This document shows, piece after piece, positions 10,285 to 19,873 of a stretch of 64,000 nucleotides of DNA. A model generated the notes under the pieces. The model worked only from the letters and a program-made list of their open reading frames with translations, was not told the origin of the DNA and searched no databases. The translations under genes and the position numbers were made by a program. The DNA lies in assembly GCA_963835995.1 (NCBI GenBank), contig CAWIHW010000001.1, positions 1,687,700 to 1,751,699 of the forward strand, given 5' to 3'. Position 1 is the first letter of the stretch; each line of letters begins with the position of its first letter. The stretch comes from an uncultured Chitinophagaceae bacterium (GTDB lineage: Bacteria; Bacteroidota; Bacteroidia; Chitinophagales; Chitinophagaceae).

Positions 10285-11403
10285 ATGAAAACGATTTGCT
10301 TAAACATTTTTTTTGCTACCGCAATATTATTTGCCTCCTGCAATACTGCTGATACAACTAATAAACCTGTAAAAGGAATTACAAAACAAGATTGGGGACA
10401 AGTAGATGGTAAACCGGTGTACCTGTACACGCTAACGAATGCGCAGGGAAATAAAGTTACCATTACAAATTATGGTGGCACGGTGACATCTTTTGTAGTG
10501 CCGGATAAAAATGGAAATAAATCCAGTATCATCATCGGTTTCGATACACTCGCTGAATATCTTAAACACCCGCCTTACTTTGGTGCATTGATCGGAAGAT
10601 ATGGCAACAGGATCGGCGATGCAAAATTTACATTAGGAGATAGTACCTATCATCTCGCGGCAAACGATGGAAAGAATACCTTGCATGGCGGATTGAAGGG
10701 GTTTGATAAAGTGGTTTGGGATCCATCTGTTGCCGATAGCACGATTCCATCACTTACACTTAAGTACACGAGTAAAGATGGTGAAGAGGGATTTCCGGGA
10801 AACCTCAATGTAACGATCGTTTACACGCTTTCCGATAGCAACGGTTTGAAAATTCAATATGTTGCCACTACTGATAAACCTACTCCGGTAAATCTTACCA
10901 ATCACAGTTACTTCAATCTTACGGGCGATGTAGACAATACTATTCTCGGTCATAAGCTAATGATCGATGCTGATTATTATACACCGGTTGATACCTCATT
11001 GATACCAACAGGAGAAATAAAAGCTGTAAAAGGAACGCCATTTGATTTTACAACTGCAAAAGAAATTGGCCGTGACATTGATTCTGTTCCCGGTGGCTAT
11101 GATCACAACTGGGTATTAAATAATAAAAATGGCTCACTGGCCAGGGTGGCGGTTCTTTCTGATTCGATAAGTGGTCGCACGCTGGAAGTGTACACTACGC
11201 AACCCGGACTGCAGTTTTATACCGGCAACTTCCTGGATGGCAGTTTCAAAAATCATGATGAGAAGCCGATAAAATTACATACTGCATTATGCTTGGAAAC
11301 ACAGCATTTTCCTGATTCGCCCAATAAGCCGAATTTTCCTTCTACGATTTTGAAGCCCGGAGAGAAATACGAACAAACAACAATTTATAAAGTGATTTAT
11401 TAA
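10285..11403 (+). CDS. galM: Aldose 1-epimerase (galactose mutarotase), lipoprotein-type signal
   Basis: GRYGNRI, NTLHGG, TNHSYFNL and ETQHFPDSPN motifs; start refined to ATG 10285. Confidence 0.95.
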   Translation: MKTICLNIFFATAILFASCNTADTTNKPVKGITKQDWGQVDGKPVYLYTLTNAQGNKVTITNYGGTVTSFVVPDKNGNKSSIIIGFDTLAEYLKHPPYFGALIGRYGNRIGDAKFTLGDSTYHLAANDGKNTLHGGLKGFDKVVWDPSVADSTIPSLTLKYTSKDGEEGFPGNLNVTIVYTLSDSNGLKIQYVATTDKPTPVNLTNHSYFNLTGDVDNTILGHKLMIDADYYTPVDTSLIPTGEIKAVKGTPFDFTTAKEIGRDIDSVPGGYDHNWVLNNKNGSLARVAVLSDSISGRTLEVYTTQPGLQFYTGNFLDGSFKNHDEKPIKLHTALCLETQHFPDSPNKPNFPSTILKPGEKYEQTTIYKVIY

Positions 11404-11426
11404 AATGTCTTTTAAAAATTGCTGAT

Positions 11427-13064
11427 ATGAGTTCTCCTTTCTTTTTTGAATATTATTTCAGCTTTAAGGGAAATAGACTATTGTCATTTGTAAAACAATT
11501 TCTCCTGTTAACTGCGTTTATGCTTATCCGTTATCAAGGTTATTCTCAGGATAGCTCAAAAATCAGATCTACAGTATATGACATTATAGATTACGGAGCT
11601 AAACCCGATGGTGTTACTGTTAATACGCTTGCAATTCAGCGTGCAGTGGATGCGTGCCATAAAAATGGCGGAGGGAAAATAATTATACCACCGGGAAATT
11701 TTGTAACAGGAACTGTACAGTTGTATAGCAATATGAACTTCTATCTTGAGCCGGGAGCCATTTTGACCGGAAGCAAAGACAACAAAGATTATCGATATCA
11801 AAAGGAATTCGGATTTGAAGGGCCGGGCGCCGGGGTAAAAACGGGCATTCTTGTTGCCAGTAATGAAGAAAATATTTCTGTTTCCGGGTTTGGAACTATT
11901 TCCGGCAATGGCACTAGTTTTATGTATATGGATAGCCTGCAACAAGGTGACAATTTGAATGTGAAGTATACACGTCAAGGTGCCGACTATATGAACCCGA
12001 AGTATGGGACGGAAGATGGACCGGTTCAATGGAAGGGCAATTATGCAGATAGACCGGGAGTGATGATTATTTTTTCCGGTTGTAAAAATGTTTCTCTTAG
12101 CAATATCAAATTTGTGGAGTCACCCAACTGGACAGTTGCCTTCACCAACTCGGCAGGTATAAAGATTAACAGAATCACGATTGATAATAATATGGATATT
12201 CCGAACAGTGATGGACTGGATTTTTATGATTCCAAAAATATTATTGTTTCAAATTGTAATATAAAAGCAGGCGATGATGCAATAGCAGTAATCAGCTCCG
12301 ACAATGTAAATGTGTCGGATTGCATTTTAAGTTCCCGATCTTCCGGTATTCGCGTAGGGTATAATGTTTTTAATAACAACAACTCCGGTAATTTGGTTTT
12401 TAATAATATCATTATTTATGACTCCAACCGCGGCATCGGCATTTTTCAACGCCAAAAAGGAAATATGCAAAACATGCTCTTTTCTAATATTATTATCTAT
12501 ACAAGATTGCATACAGGTCAGTGGTGGGGGCATGGAGAACCGATCCACATTTCATCCATTCCCGGCCTGGGGAGTAAAGAAACAGGAGTTATCAGCAATG
12601 TTCGCTTTTCAAATATTACCGCCACTTCAGAATCGGGAATAGTAATTTATGCTTCAGAAAAAAATCTTATAAAAAATATTTCCTTCGATAATGTAAGTAT
12701 ATCAATAAAGAAAAGCAGAATTGAAGGTGGGTATGGTGGTAACATCGATCTTCGGCCGGTAAATGATGTATCGCTCGGGATATTTAAGCATGATATTCCG
12801 GCGTTGTATTCAAAGAATGCTGATGAGATTTCAATCCGCAATTTAATCGTATCGTGGGAAGATAGTCTTCCGCAGTATTTTGTTCATGCCGTTGAATGCA
12901 CCGGTTTTAAAAATATTACGATTGATGGGGTAAATGAGCAAATACCCAAAGAGCAAAAGAGTACAAAAGATGCAACCATCTTGCTCAGCATAAACGGAAC
13001 TGCTCATATAAGTCATGTTGTTTCAACGGTCAAAAAAATGTTTGTTGAAAGAAAAGAAAATTGA
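11427..13064 (+). CDS. Glycoside hydrolase family 28 (pectin lyase-fold)
   Basis: DYGAKPDG, PPGNFVTG, NSDGLD and AGDDAI motifs; true start may lie further downstream. Confidence 0.85.
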   Translation: MSSPFFFEYYFSFKGNRLLSFVKQFLLLTAFMLIRYQGYSQDSSKIRSTVYDIIDYGAKPDGVTVNTLAIQRAVDACHKNGGGKIIIPPGNFVTGTVQLYSNMNFYLEPGAILTGSKDNKDYRYQKEFGFEGPGAGVKTGILVASNEENISVSGFGTISGNGTSFMYMDSLQQGDNLNVKYTRQGADYMNPKYGTEDGPVQWKGNYADRPGVMIIFSGCKNVSLSNIKFVESPNWTVAFTNSAGIKINRITIDNNMDIPNSDGLDFYDSKNIIVSNCNIKAGDDAIAVISSDNVNVSDCILSSRSSGIRVGYNVFNNNNSGNLVFNNIIIYDSNRGIGIFQRQKGNMQNMLFSNIIIYTRLHTGQWWGHGEPIHISSIPGLGSKETGVISNVRFSNITATSESGIVIYASEKNLIKNISFDNVSISIKKSRIEGGYGGNIDLRPVNDVSLGIFKHDIPALYSKNADEISIRNLIVSWEDSLPQYFVHAVECTGFKNITIDGVNEQIPKEQKSTKDATILLSINGTAHISHVVSTVKKMFVERKEN

Positions 13065-13083
13065 TGAAAAACTAAGTGCCTCG

Positions 13084-13725
13084 TCAGAGAAACGGATCTT
13101 CCGTTTTTACAAAGTTTACAAGCGCAGCCGTATTTTTGAGATTGAGTTTTTTCAAAATATTATAGCGGTGCACTTCCACTGTTTTGCTGGAAACCTTTAG
13201 TTGCTCTGCAATTTCTTTGGATGACAGGCCCTGCTTGATATAACCAACTACTTCCAGTTCTCTCGCAGATAAGGCATCGAGTCCGGGTTTCTGATTTTCA
13301 TCATTACCTGATTTTTCCGAAATGATTTTTTTTATTTCAGTGCATACATACGTTCCCCCATTCATTACCTCCTTGATTGCCTGGAAGATTTCGTCATAGG
13401 CAGAGTTTTTTGTTACGTATCCTTTGGCCCCTGCCTTGATCATGCGTTCTGCGATAGCAGGTTGGCTATGCATAGATACGCCAATGACTTTTGTTTTGGG
13501 AGATGAACTTTGAATTAAAGGTATTGCGTCTATACCAGAGGCTTCACGCAGATTGATATCAAGCAGCACGATATCAGGCTGCTTCTCTGCAATTAGTGCA
13601 ATCGCTTCACTAAATTCGCCACTTTCTCCCACCACATCCATTTCTGGATTCCAGCCAAATACATTGGCCCACATTTCTCTGATCATTTTGTGATCATCAA
13701 CGACCACGATAGTAATTTTATTCAT
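13084..13725 (-). CDS. NarL/LuxR family DNA-binding response regulator
   Basis: Receiver domain (VVDDH, LLDINL, K) plus LuxR HTH (LSARELEV..GLSSKEIA). Confidence 0.95.
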   Translation of the reverse strand: MNKITIVVVDDHKMIREMWANVFGWNPEMDVVGESGEFSEAIALIAEKQPDIVLLDINLREASGIDAIPLIQSSSPKTKVIGVSMHSQPAIAERMIKAGAKGYVTKNSAYDEIFQAIKEVMNGGTYVCTEIKKIISEKSGNDENQKPGLDALSARELEVVGYIKQGLSSKEIAEQLKVSSKTVEVHRYNILKKLNLKNTAALVNFVKTEDPFL

Positions 13726-14344
13726 ACAATTTTTTTTAATTCAGCTCCTTACTTGTTTAGTACTTGCTTTTCTGGTGGGCGATTGTCATAGTTCGGACAC
13801 GCAGTCGTTCCGTTAGCATTATATTTTTTAACGCATATAGCGTTGGTTACTAATTACCCGGTGACGGCTATCGCGAATCTTTCTTGGCTGAAGCTTTTTG
13901 TCAATGGGGATTGCTTGCTTTAAAAAATTTTTTCATTGTACGATGCAATGCAGGATTACCCTTTGTCTGTTAAATCCTGCATCGGCAACATTTACAACAA
14001 AACTAACGTTTGGTTTATCGATACAATCGTGGGTATTCAATTAATGGTGCTGAAGCGTCAGCCGGTAAGTGAATCTATATAATTGCGAGTGAGACTTCGG
14101 CGTCATTAATTCTTTACAAAGTTATAGAAGGTTTGTAATGTTAACAGCATAAAACGAACAAATTTTTCTTATTTTATAAATACCTATTATGTAAGTTCCC
14201 TGGCCTGACCGAAAAGTAGTTTTCTTTGACGGAGACGATTTGTAAAAAACTTTGCATTTCTAACTGCCAGGTATACACGAAAATCAAAAGCCATTGCTAA
14301 ATGGGTAAAGACTCATATTAAGCATGGAAATAGATATTTTTGTT

Positions 14345-14670
14345 ATGTTACTGACTGAATTGACAGGGTTAAGCAGTGCAGGCAAAATAACACCATGGAA
14401 TTATTGCTGGCGAAACATAACGCTAATTCAATTTTGGCTGCCATAAATCCTTATGAAGAAGCACGATAACAATTGAAGGATTCTGGTAATTCAGTGAAAA
14501 CCGTTTTTATAGATCGCCCGGCACGGTAGCGAAAAACGGGGTCCCAAAAATTTATATAAAAAACACATTTGACGGATGATCAGCAGGGGCATATTAAAAA
14601 CTTTACCGGCGTCAATGATCCTTTCGAAATACCTTTGGATGACGGCCAGATTATTAAATCCGTGGCATAA
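14345..14670 (+). pseudogene. cysC: Degenerate adenylyl-sulfate kinase (CysC) remnant
   Basis: Four colinear fragments in different frames: LTGLSSAGKIT (P-loop), LLAKHN..ILAAINPYEEAR*, EKRGPKNLYKK and GHIKNFTGVNDPFEIP. Confidence 0.75.
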
Positions 14671-14765
14671 GACAGGGAACAAGTGCCCAATGCCCTAGTG
14701 ATTTTATTGTATAGTCGATACAGAAAGCCGTAAATTGAAGAGAAAAAAGATCTGAATTATTTCCA

Positions 14766-15833
14766 ATGAATAATCCTCCTCCGCCATTTGCCTGCACTTA
14801 TTCACCCAATGTAGCAGAATTGCTTACGCAATTGAACTGCTCTATCGCGATTACCACTTACCAGGCGGGTAAATTAATTTTTCTCTCACCCGATGGCATA
14901 AATGCAATGCGGCAATTACCGCGTGACTTTGAAAAAGCTATGGGATTGGCTATAAATCAAAACCGAATGGCCATTGCAACAAAGCAGGAGGTAGTCGTGC
15001 TCGCCAATGCACCCGGGCTGGCCTTAGAATACGCAACAAAACCAGGTTTTTATGATACGTTCTATGTGCCGCGGGCATGCTATTACACGGGCACAGTTGA
15101 TATTCATGATATGGATTGGGACGAAGAGGGAAAATTATGGGCGGTAAATACATTATTTTCCTGCCTCGTGACCATAGATGATGAATATAGCTTTCGACCT
15201 CAATGGATGCCTCCTTTTATCAAAACCTTTGAAAGCATTGATGCCTGTCATTTGAATGGCATGTGCATGGTGAATGATAAACCAAAATACGTAACCATGT
15301 TTGGCACCACTACTACTGCAAAAGGATGGAGACCGGGTGTTGAAACAAATGGATTAATGATGGACATTGATACCAATGAAATTGTTATTCAATCATTACC
15401 TATGCCTCATTCGCCAAGATGGTTCGACGGGAATTTGTATTGCCTGCTTTCAGCAACCGGGCAATTAATAAAAGCAGATGTGCACAGCGGAAGGTATGAT
15501 GTTGTTTGCCAATTGAAAGGTTTTGTAAGAGGCATGGCAAAATATGGAGATTATGTATTTATCGGGCTTTCGAAGTTGCGACAAAATGCATCTACGTTCC
15601 GCGATCTTGCGATCAGCAAAGATGCAATGTATTGCGGGGTGGAAATAATTCATTTACCTACCGGCGCCAATGTAGGGAACATAAGATACCTTCAAAGTGT
15701 AGAAGAAATATATGATGTACAAATACTGTCAAATTCTTTGCGACCCGGGGTTCTAAATCACACTTCACCAGTGCATCGTCTGGCCCTGCACACTCCGCAG
15801 TCTACTTATTGGGCGGTGAGTGCAGAAAATTAA
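14766..15833 (+). CDS. TIGR03032 (DUF4915) family protein of unknown function
   Basis: TTYQAGKL, YYTGTVDIHDM, DACHLNGM and PHSPRW motifs characteristic of the family. Confidence 0.85.
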   Translation: MNNPPPPFACTYSPNVAELLTQLNCSIAITTYQAGKLIFLSPDGINAMRQLPRDFEKAMGLAINQNRMAIATKQEVVVLANAPGLALEYATKPGFYDTFYVPRACYYTGTVDIHDMDWDEEGKLWAVNTLFSCLVTIDDEYSFRPQWMPPFIKTFESIDACHLNGMCMVNDKPKYVTMFGTTTTAKGWRPGVETNGLMMDIDTNEIVIQSLPMPHSPRWFDGNLYCLLSATGQLIKADVHSGRYDVVCQLKGFVRGMAKYGDYVFIGLSKLRQNASTFRDLAISKDAMYCGVEIIHLPTGANVGNIRYLQSVEEIYDVQILSNSLRPGVLNHTSPVHRLALHTPQSTYWAVSAEN

Positions 15834-15899
15834 TTTCCATAGAAAATTAATTTCGTTAACTTTCCTATAAGTTAATCCATCAGCCAAAAACTTTAATAA

Positions 15900-17504
15900 T
15901 TGAATACGAAGCTTTACACTGCCAACAATTATTACAAAACTTTAGAACGACTCGAAAAAAGTTTGCAGTCGGGAAGATTTGTAACATATTCCCAGTACAA
16001 GAAACAACAGATATGGAACCGGCTTAAGCGATATGCACGACAGTTGGGAATTTCAATAAAATCGTCTCTTATCACCGCTTGTATTGCTGCGGGATTATGT
16101 TTGAGTTCCGGTAATGCTAATGCTCAAATAACTTTTACACCGGAAACCGGCATAAATAATCCTTTAGACGCAGTTGACGTGCATTATAATTCGACACCTG
16201 CCTTTGTTGATATTGACGGCGATGGAGATTTTGATTGTTTTGTCGGCACTTATAATGGAACAATATCTTATTATAAAAATACCGGGACTTCTACAATGCC
16301 GGTATTTGTGCAGCAGACGGGAACGAACAATCCATTAAACAGTGTGAACCTGACTTATCCTATAGTACCCTTCTTTGTTGATATAGATGGCGATGGTGAC
16401 AAAGATCTATTCATAGGCCTAAATGATGGAACGGTGATCTATTACAAAAATGTAGGCACAGCCACTGCTCCTTCTTTTGTTTTACAAGCCCCTGCGGCTA
16501 ATCCTCTTAATGGAATAACGAATGGGGCGGACTATGCCATCCCCGTTTTTGTCGATATAGACGGAGATGGTGATTTTGATCTGTTTTTAGCGGGTTCGCA
16601 TCTTGGGAATATTTTATATTTTAAAAATACCGGAACCGCTACAGCACCGGTTTTTACCGCTGAAACAGGGGCAGCCAATCCGTTCAATGGCTTTATAGCT
16701 AGTGGATACTACGCCGCTCCTGCTTTTGCGGATTTGGATGGTGACGGAGATCTTGATGCAGTAATCGGGTCGGGATCTGGTTCATTTGCATATTTTGAAA
16801 ACACAGGAAGCTCAACAACACCGATATTCACACCCCAGACAGGTTCAAACAATCCATTAAATGGTATTACATTGAGTTATGTTACCACACCAGCTTTTGT
16901 GGATATTGATGGTGACGGAGATCAGGATCTTTTTAGTGGAGAATATTATGGTAAGGTATATTATTTCAAAAACACAACCGGAGCACTACCACTCACTCTC
17001 ATCCGCTTCGCAGGTATAGGGCATGATGGCTTTAACCAGATCCAATGGACAACTTCAGCGGAACTGAATACCAAATCTTTTGAGTTGGAACACAGCAGCG
17101 ACGGCATTACATTTACTCAAATAGCAACAGTAGCAGCAACCGACAATACAAACAATAACTACAGCGCGGTTGATAATAATATTGCGGGCGGCAAAATGTA
17201 TTATCGCCTAAAAATGATTGATATCGACGGCCGTTATACCTACAGCCAGGTAATATGGATCAACAATGGAAATTCAAAGGGAATTGTTATCTATCCTAAT
17301 CCCGCCACCAATACGGTGAATATTAACATGGGTTATTTACAGGCTCTAAAAACCAAAGCATCTGTCTATAATGCTGATGGTAAGCTTATAGAAAATATTG
17401 AAATCAGCGACAACCAGTTACAAATAGATATCTCCGGGTATACCAAAGGAAAATATTTTATCAGATTTACAGACGGAGCAGTGCGGAGTTTTATCAAAAA
17501 TTAA
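15900..17504 (+). CDS. Secreted FG-GAP/VCBS-like repeat protein with T9SS type A C-terminal domain
   Basis: Five ~57-aa repeats each with a DxDGDGD Ca-binding loop; LPLTL linker; YPNPA..KGKYFIRF CTD. Confidence 0.9.
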   Translation: MNTKLYTANNYYKTLERLEKSLQSGRFVTYSQYKKQQIWNRLKRYARQLGISIKSSLITACIAAGLCLSSGNANAQITFTPETGINNPLDAVDVHYNSTPAFVDIDGDGDFDCFVGTYNGTISYYKNTGTSTMPVFVQQTGTNNPLNSVNLTYPIVPFFVDIDGDGDKDLFIGLNDGTVIYYKNVGTATAPSFVLQAPAANPLNGITNGADYAIPVFVDIDGDGDFDLFLAGSHLGNILYFKNTGTATAPVFTAETGAANPFNGFIASGYYAAPAFADLDGDGDLDAVIGSGSGSFAYFENTGSSTTPIFTPQTGSNNPLNGITLSYVTTPAFVDIDGDGDQDLFSGEYYGKVYYFKNTTGALPLTLIRFAGIGHDGFNQIQWTTSAELNTKSFELEHSSDGITFTQIATVAATDNTNNNYSAVDNNIAGGKMYYRLKMIDIDGRYTYSQVIWINNGNSKGIVIYPNPATNTVNINMGYLQALKTKASVYNADGKLIENIEISDNQLQIDISGYTKGKYFIRFTDGAVRSFIKN

Positions 17505-17593
17505 TTATTCAAAAAAGTAATTCGGCGTTTATCCGTTGACGTTAGTAAGGTTTTGGAATATCCTGCCCGGATGGGTTGACCTATATCGCTTCT

Positions 17594-17622
17594 TTTGGTA
17601 AGTTTAATTAATACTATATTTG
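17594..17622 (+). promoter_or_regulatory. Bacteroidota primary-sigma promoter (-33 TTTG, -7 TATATTTG)
   Basis: TTTG 17594-97, 17-nt spacer, TAnnTTTG 17615-22. Confidence 0.65.
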
Positions 17623-17626
17623 CAGC

Positions 17627-17642
17627 CCCCGACTCGTCGGGG
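17627..17642. repeat. Short REP-like palindrome CCCCGAC-TC-GTCGGGG
   Basis: 7-bp perfect inverted repeat in the 5' UTR. Confidence 0.45.
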
Positions 17643-17686
17643 CTTGTTGTTGAATTTTAATAATTCGATTATTAAAATATACATGT

Positions 17687-18337
17687 ATGAAGTTGCTGAA
17701 TTTTCTCATTAAATACCGGTTGCTACTGGGTATTATTGCTTTGGTTGCGGCCGTCGCTGTGAATCTGTACTCTGGATTTTGGCCGTCTTTTATTTTGTAT
17801 CTCATTGCTGCAATTGCCATTGTTGGGCATTTCCTTTTTGGCCCTTTGCGCCTCATTCAATCGCACATGGAGACCGGAGATATGGAAGGCGCGCAGAAAG
17901 TGCTGGACTCGATTAAGTTTCCCGGCCTGCTTATAAAGCCGGTGCGCTCTGTATATTATACGTTGAAAGGTAATCTTGCTATGGTGAATGAGGATTATGA
18001 AAATGCAGAAGCACACATGAAGAAGAGCCTTAGCCTTGGTATGCCCATGAAGGAAGCAGAGGGTGCCAACAAACTGCAGTTAGGGATGCTTGCCATGCAA
18101 AAAGGAAATATTCGTGAAGCAGAAAGTTATATCCGCCAGGCGATCCGCTCAGGGCTGCCCGATAAAGAAAATGAAGCGGCAGCTTACCTGCAACTGTCTT
18201 CTATCATGATCAATAAGAGAGAATTTCGTGCGGCTAAGGAATATTTCAGAAAAGTAAAATCACTGAAGCCCACCACGCCCCAAATTGTGGACCAGGTAAA
18301 ACAAATGGAAAAATATATCTCGCGAATTCCCGGATAG
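17687..18337 (+). CDS. Membrane-anchored tetratricopeptide repeat protein
   Basis: Two N-terminal TM segments followed by TPR-like helices. Confidence 0.75.
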   Translation: MKLLNFLIKYRLLLGIIALVAAVAVNLYSGFWPSFILYLIAAIAIVGHFLFGPLRLIQSHMETGDMEGAQKVLDSIKFPGLLIKPVRSVYYTLKGNLAMVNEDYENAEAHMKKSLSLGMPMKEAEGANKLQLGMLAMQKGNIREAESYIRQAIRSGLPDKENEAAAYLQLSSIMINKREFRAAKEYFRKVKSLKPTTPQIVDQVKQMEKYISRIPG

Positions 18338-18362
18338 GTTTCAGCCCGCTCTTTTTAGGATT

Positions 18363-19172
18363 TTATTTTTCTCCCTTAAAAAATCCGAGTTCAGTAAGTA
18401 TTGCTTTTGTTATGCGCATACGTACAGTGCTCATGTCGATATTTTTATCGGGAGATTTGATGAGTGTTACGAAAAAATAGGGATGCATATTTTCTTCTAT
18501 CCAGCCTGCTACCCAGCCCACTGCATTATTATTTTCATCAAATCCCCAACCTGTTTTATAACTCAGTTTATAGAGCGTGTTACTTTCCATGAGCATCACG
18601 TTTTGTACAATGGCCTGCGATCGTTTGGTAAAAGGCAGTTTGTCAAAATATAGTTTTTCAACCAGGCCAAGCTGTTCATCAGGAGATATTTTCAACGTAT
18701 TGTTGAGCCAGAACGAATCTATGGGCCCACTGATATCCATATTACCATAATGCAGTGTGTCGATCCAATATTTCATTGTATCTCTGCCGATTCTTCGGGC
18801 TACTCCCTGGTAATAGGGAACAGAAGAAACTCTAAACGCCTCTTCCATGGTCAGGTCTTTGTTCCAACTGCTGTTCGACCTTGTCACACTATCCCAATTT
18901 ATTACCATTTTTTCATCGGTAATTTTTCCTGTTTCCAATCCAATTAACGAATTGACAATTTCAAAAACGGATGCAGGTAAAATACGTTGAGTATCGAGTT
19001 TCATATTGTACACCGTTATTTCACCCATTTTGTTGTTGTATATGGCAAAGCAGCCATCCACATGAGCAGAATCAAAATATTTTTTCAGATCGTTATCTAT
19101 GTGAGCATGGTTTACCCTGCAGGAGGTGGAGATGAACGCAGCAACAGCGACGCATAATAGAATTTTTCTCAT
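18363..19172 (-). CDS. Class D beta-lactamase / BlaR-sensor-like serine penicillin-binding fold lipoprotein with SVFE replacing STFK
   Basis: Lipobox STSC; PASVFE, SSV, YGN, FWL and KTG motifs. Confidence 0.85.
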   Translation of the reverse strand: MRKILLCVAVAAFISTSCRVNHAHIDNDLKKYFDSAHVDGCFAIYNNKMGEITVYNMKLDTQRILPASVFEIVNSLIGLETGKITDEKMVINWDSVTRSNSSWNKDLTMEEAFRVSSVPYYQGVARRIGRDTMKYWIDTLHYGNMDISGPIDSFWLNNTLKISPDEQLGLVEKLYFDKLPFTKRSQAIVQNVMLMESNTLYKLSYKTGWGFDENNNAVGWVAGWIEENMHPYFFVTLIKSPDKNIDMSTVRMRITKAILTELGFFKGEK

Positions 19173-19190
19173 AGATGAGGTTGTATACTT

Positions 19191-19775
19191 TTATTTTTTT
19201 GTCTGATAAAATTTTGCAGAGACTGAAAGCGCTTCATAAAAATCTTTTCCATATTTTCTCATCAAAGCATCTTTGCAAAATTGATACACCGGCACTTTTA
19301 ATTTTTTGCCCAGTGTACACGCAGGTTTGCAAAGGTCTTCGCGGGGTTGATAGTTTACAAAATCGTTCTTTCCGTTTTTTGATTTTTTAATTTTTATGGG
19401 AAACAAATGGCAGCTCAAAGGTTTACGCCAGTTAATTTTTCCCTCATTGTATGCTTTTTCAATTCCACAATGCACAACGCCCTTTTCGTCTTTGATTCCA
19501 TAAGCACACACGCCCGAACCAATGGAGGGAGTTACCCATCCAAATTCCCGGTCATATAAGTACCCACCCTGCTTTTCAATTTCATTGATGGATTCTTTAG
19601 AAAGATAAGGCCTTACGAATTTGTAAGATTTGTTGATCTCTTCCAGTTCATTTTTGTCCAGTGGCGCGCCGGCATCTCCGTCCACGCAACAGCCACCTTT
19701 ACATTTTACCAGGTCGCATACAAAATGCTCTTCAACTATTTCATCACTGATCAAAACGGTATTAATACTTATCAT
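19191..19775 (-). CDS. DUF3109 family protein
   Basis: CDLVKCKGGCCVDGDAGAP and KPLSCHLFPI; start refined to ATG 19775. Confidence 0.85.
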   Translation of the reverse strand: MISINTVLISDEIVEEHFVCDLVKCKGGCCVDGDAGAPLDKNELEEINKSYKFVRPYLSKESINEIEKQGGYLYDREFGWVTPSIGSGVCAYGIKDEKGVVHCGIEKAYNEGKINWRKPLSCHLFPIKIKKSKNGKNDFVNYQPREDLCKPACTLGKKLKVPVYQFCKDALMRKYGKDFYEALSVSAKFYQTKK

Positions 19776-19873
19776 GCGGCAAAGGTAAAGTTTGATTGGT
19801 TTATTAGTTGATTGGTTTGTTGGTGGAGAGTGCAGTTTTTTGCCGGTGGGAAACATTATAAGAAGACTTTTGG

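Noticed and set aside
14228-14254. DGDDL*KTL resembling the missing CysC DGD motif
   Set aside because: It lies upstream of the P-loop (wrong order) and is too short to distinguish from chance
19191-19775. Cys-rich DUF3109 protein as the radical SAM maturase for the W-rich peptide
   Set aside because: No CxxxCxxC motif, too short for a TIM barrel, and in a housekeeping context
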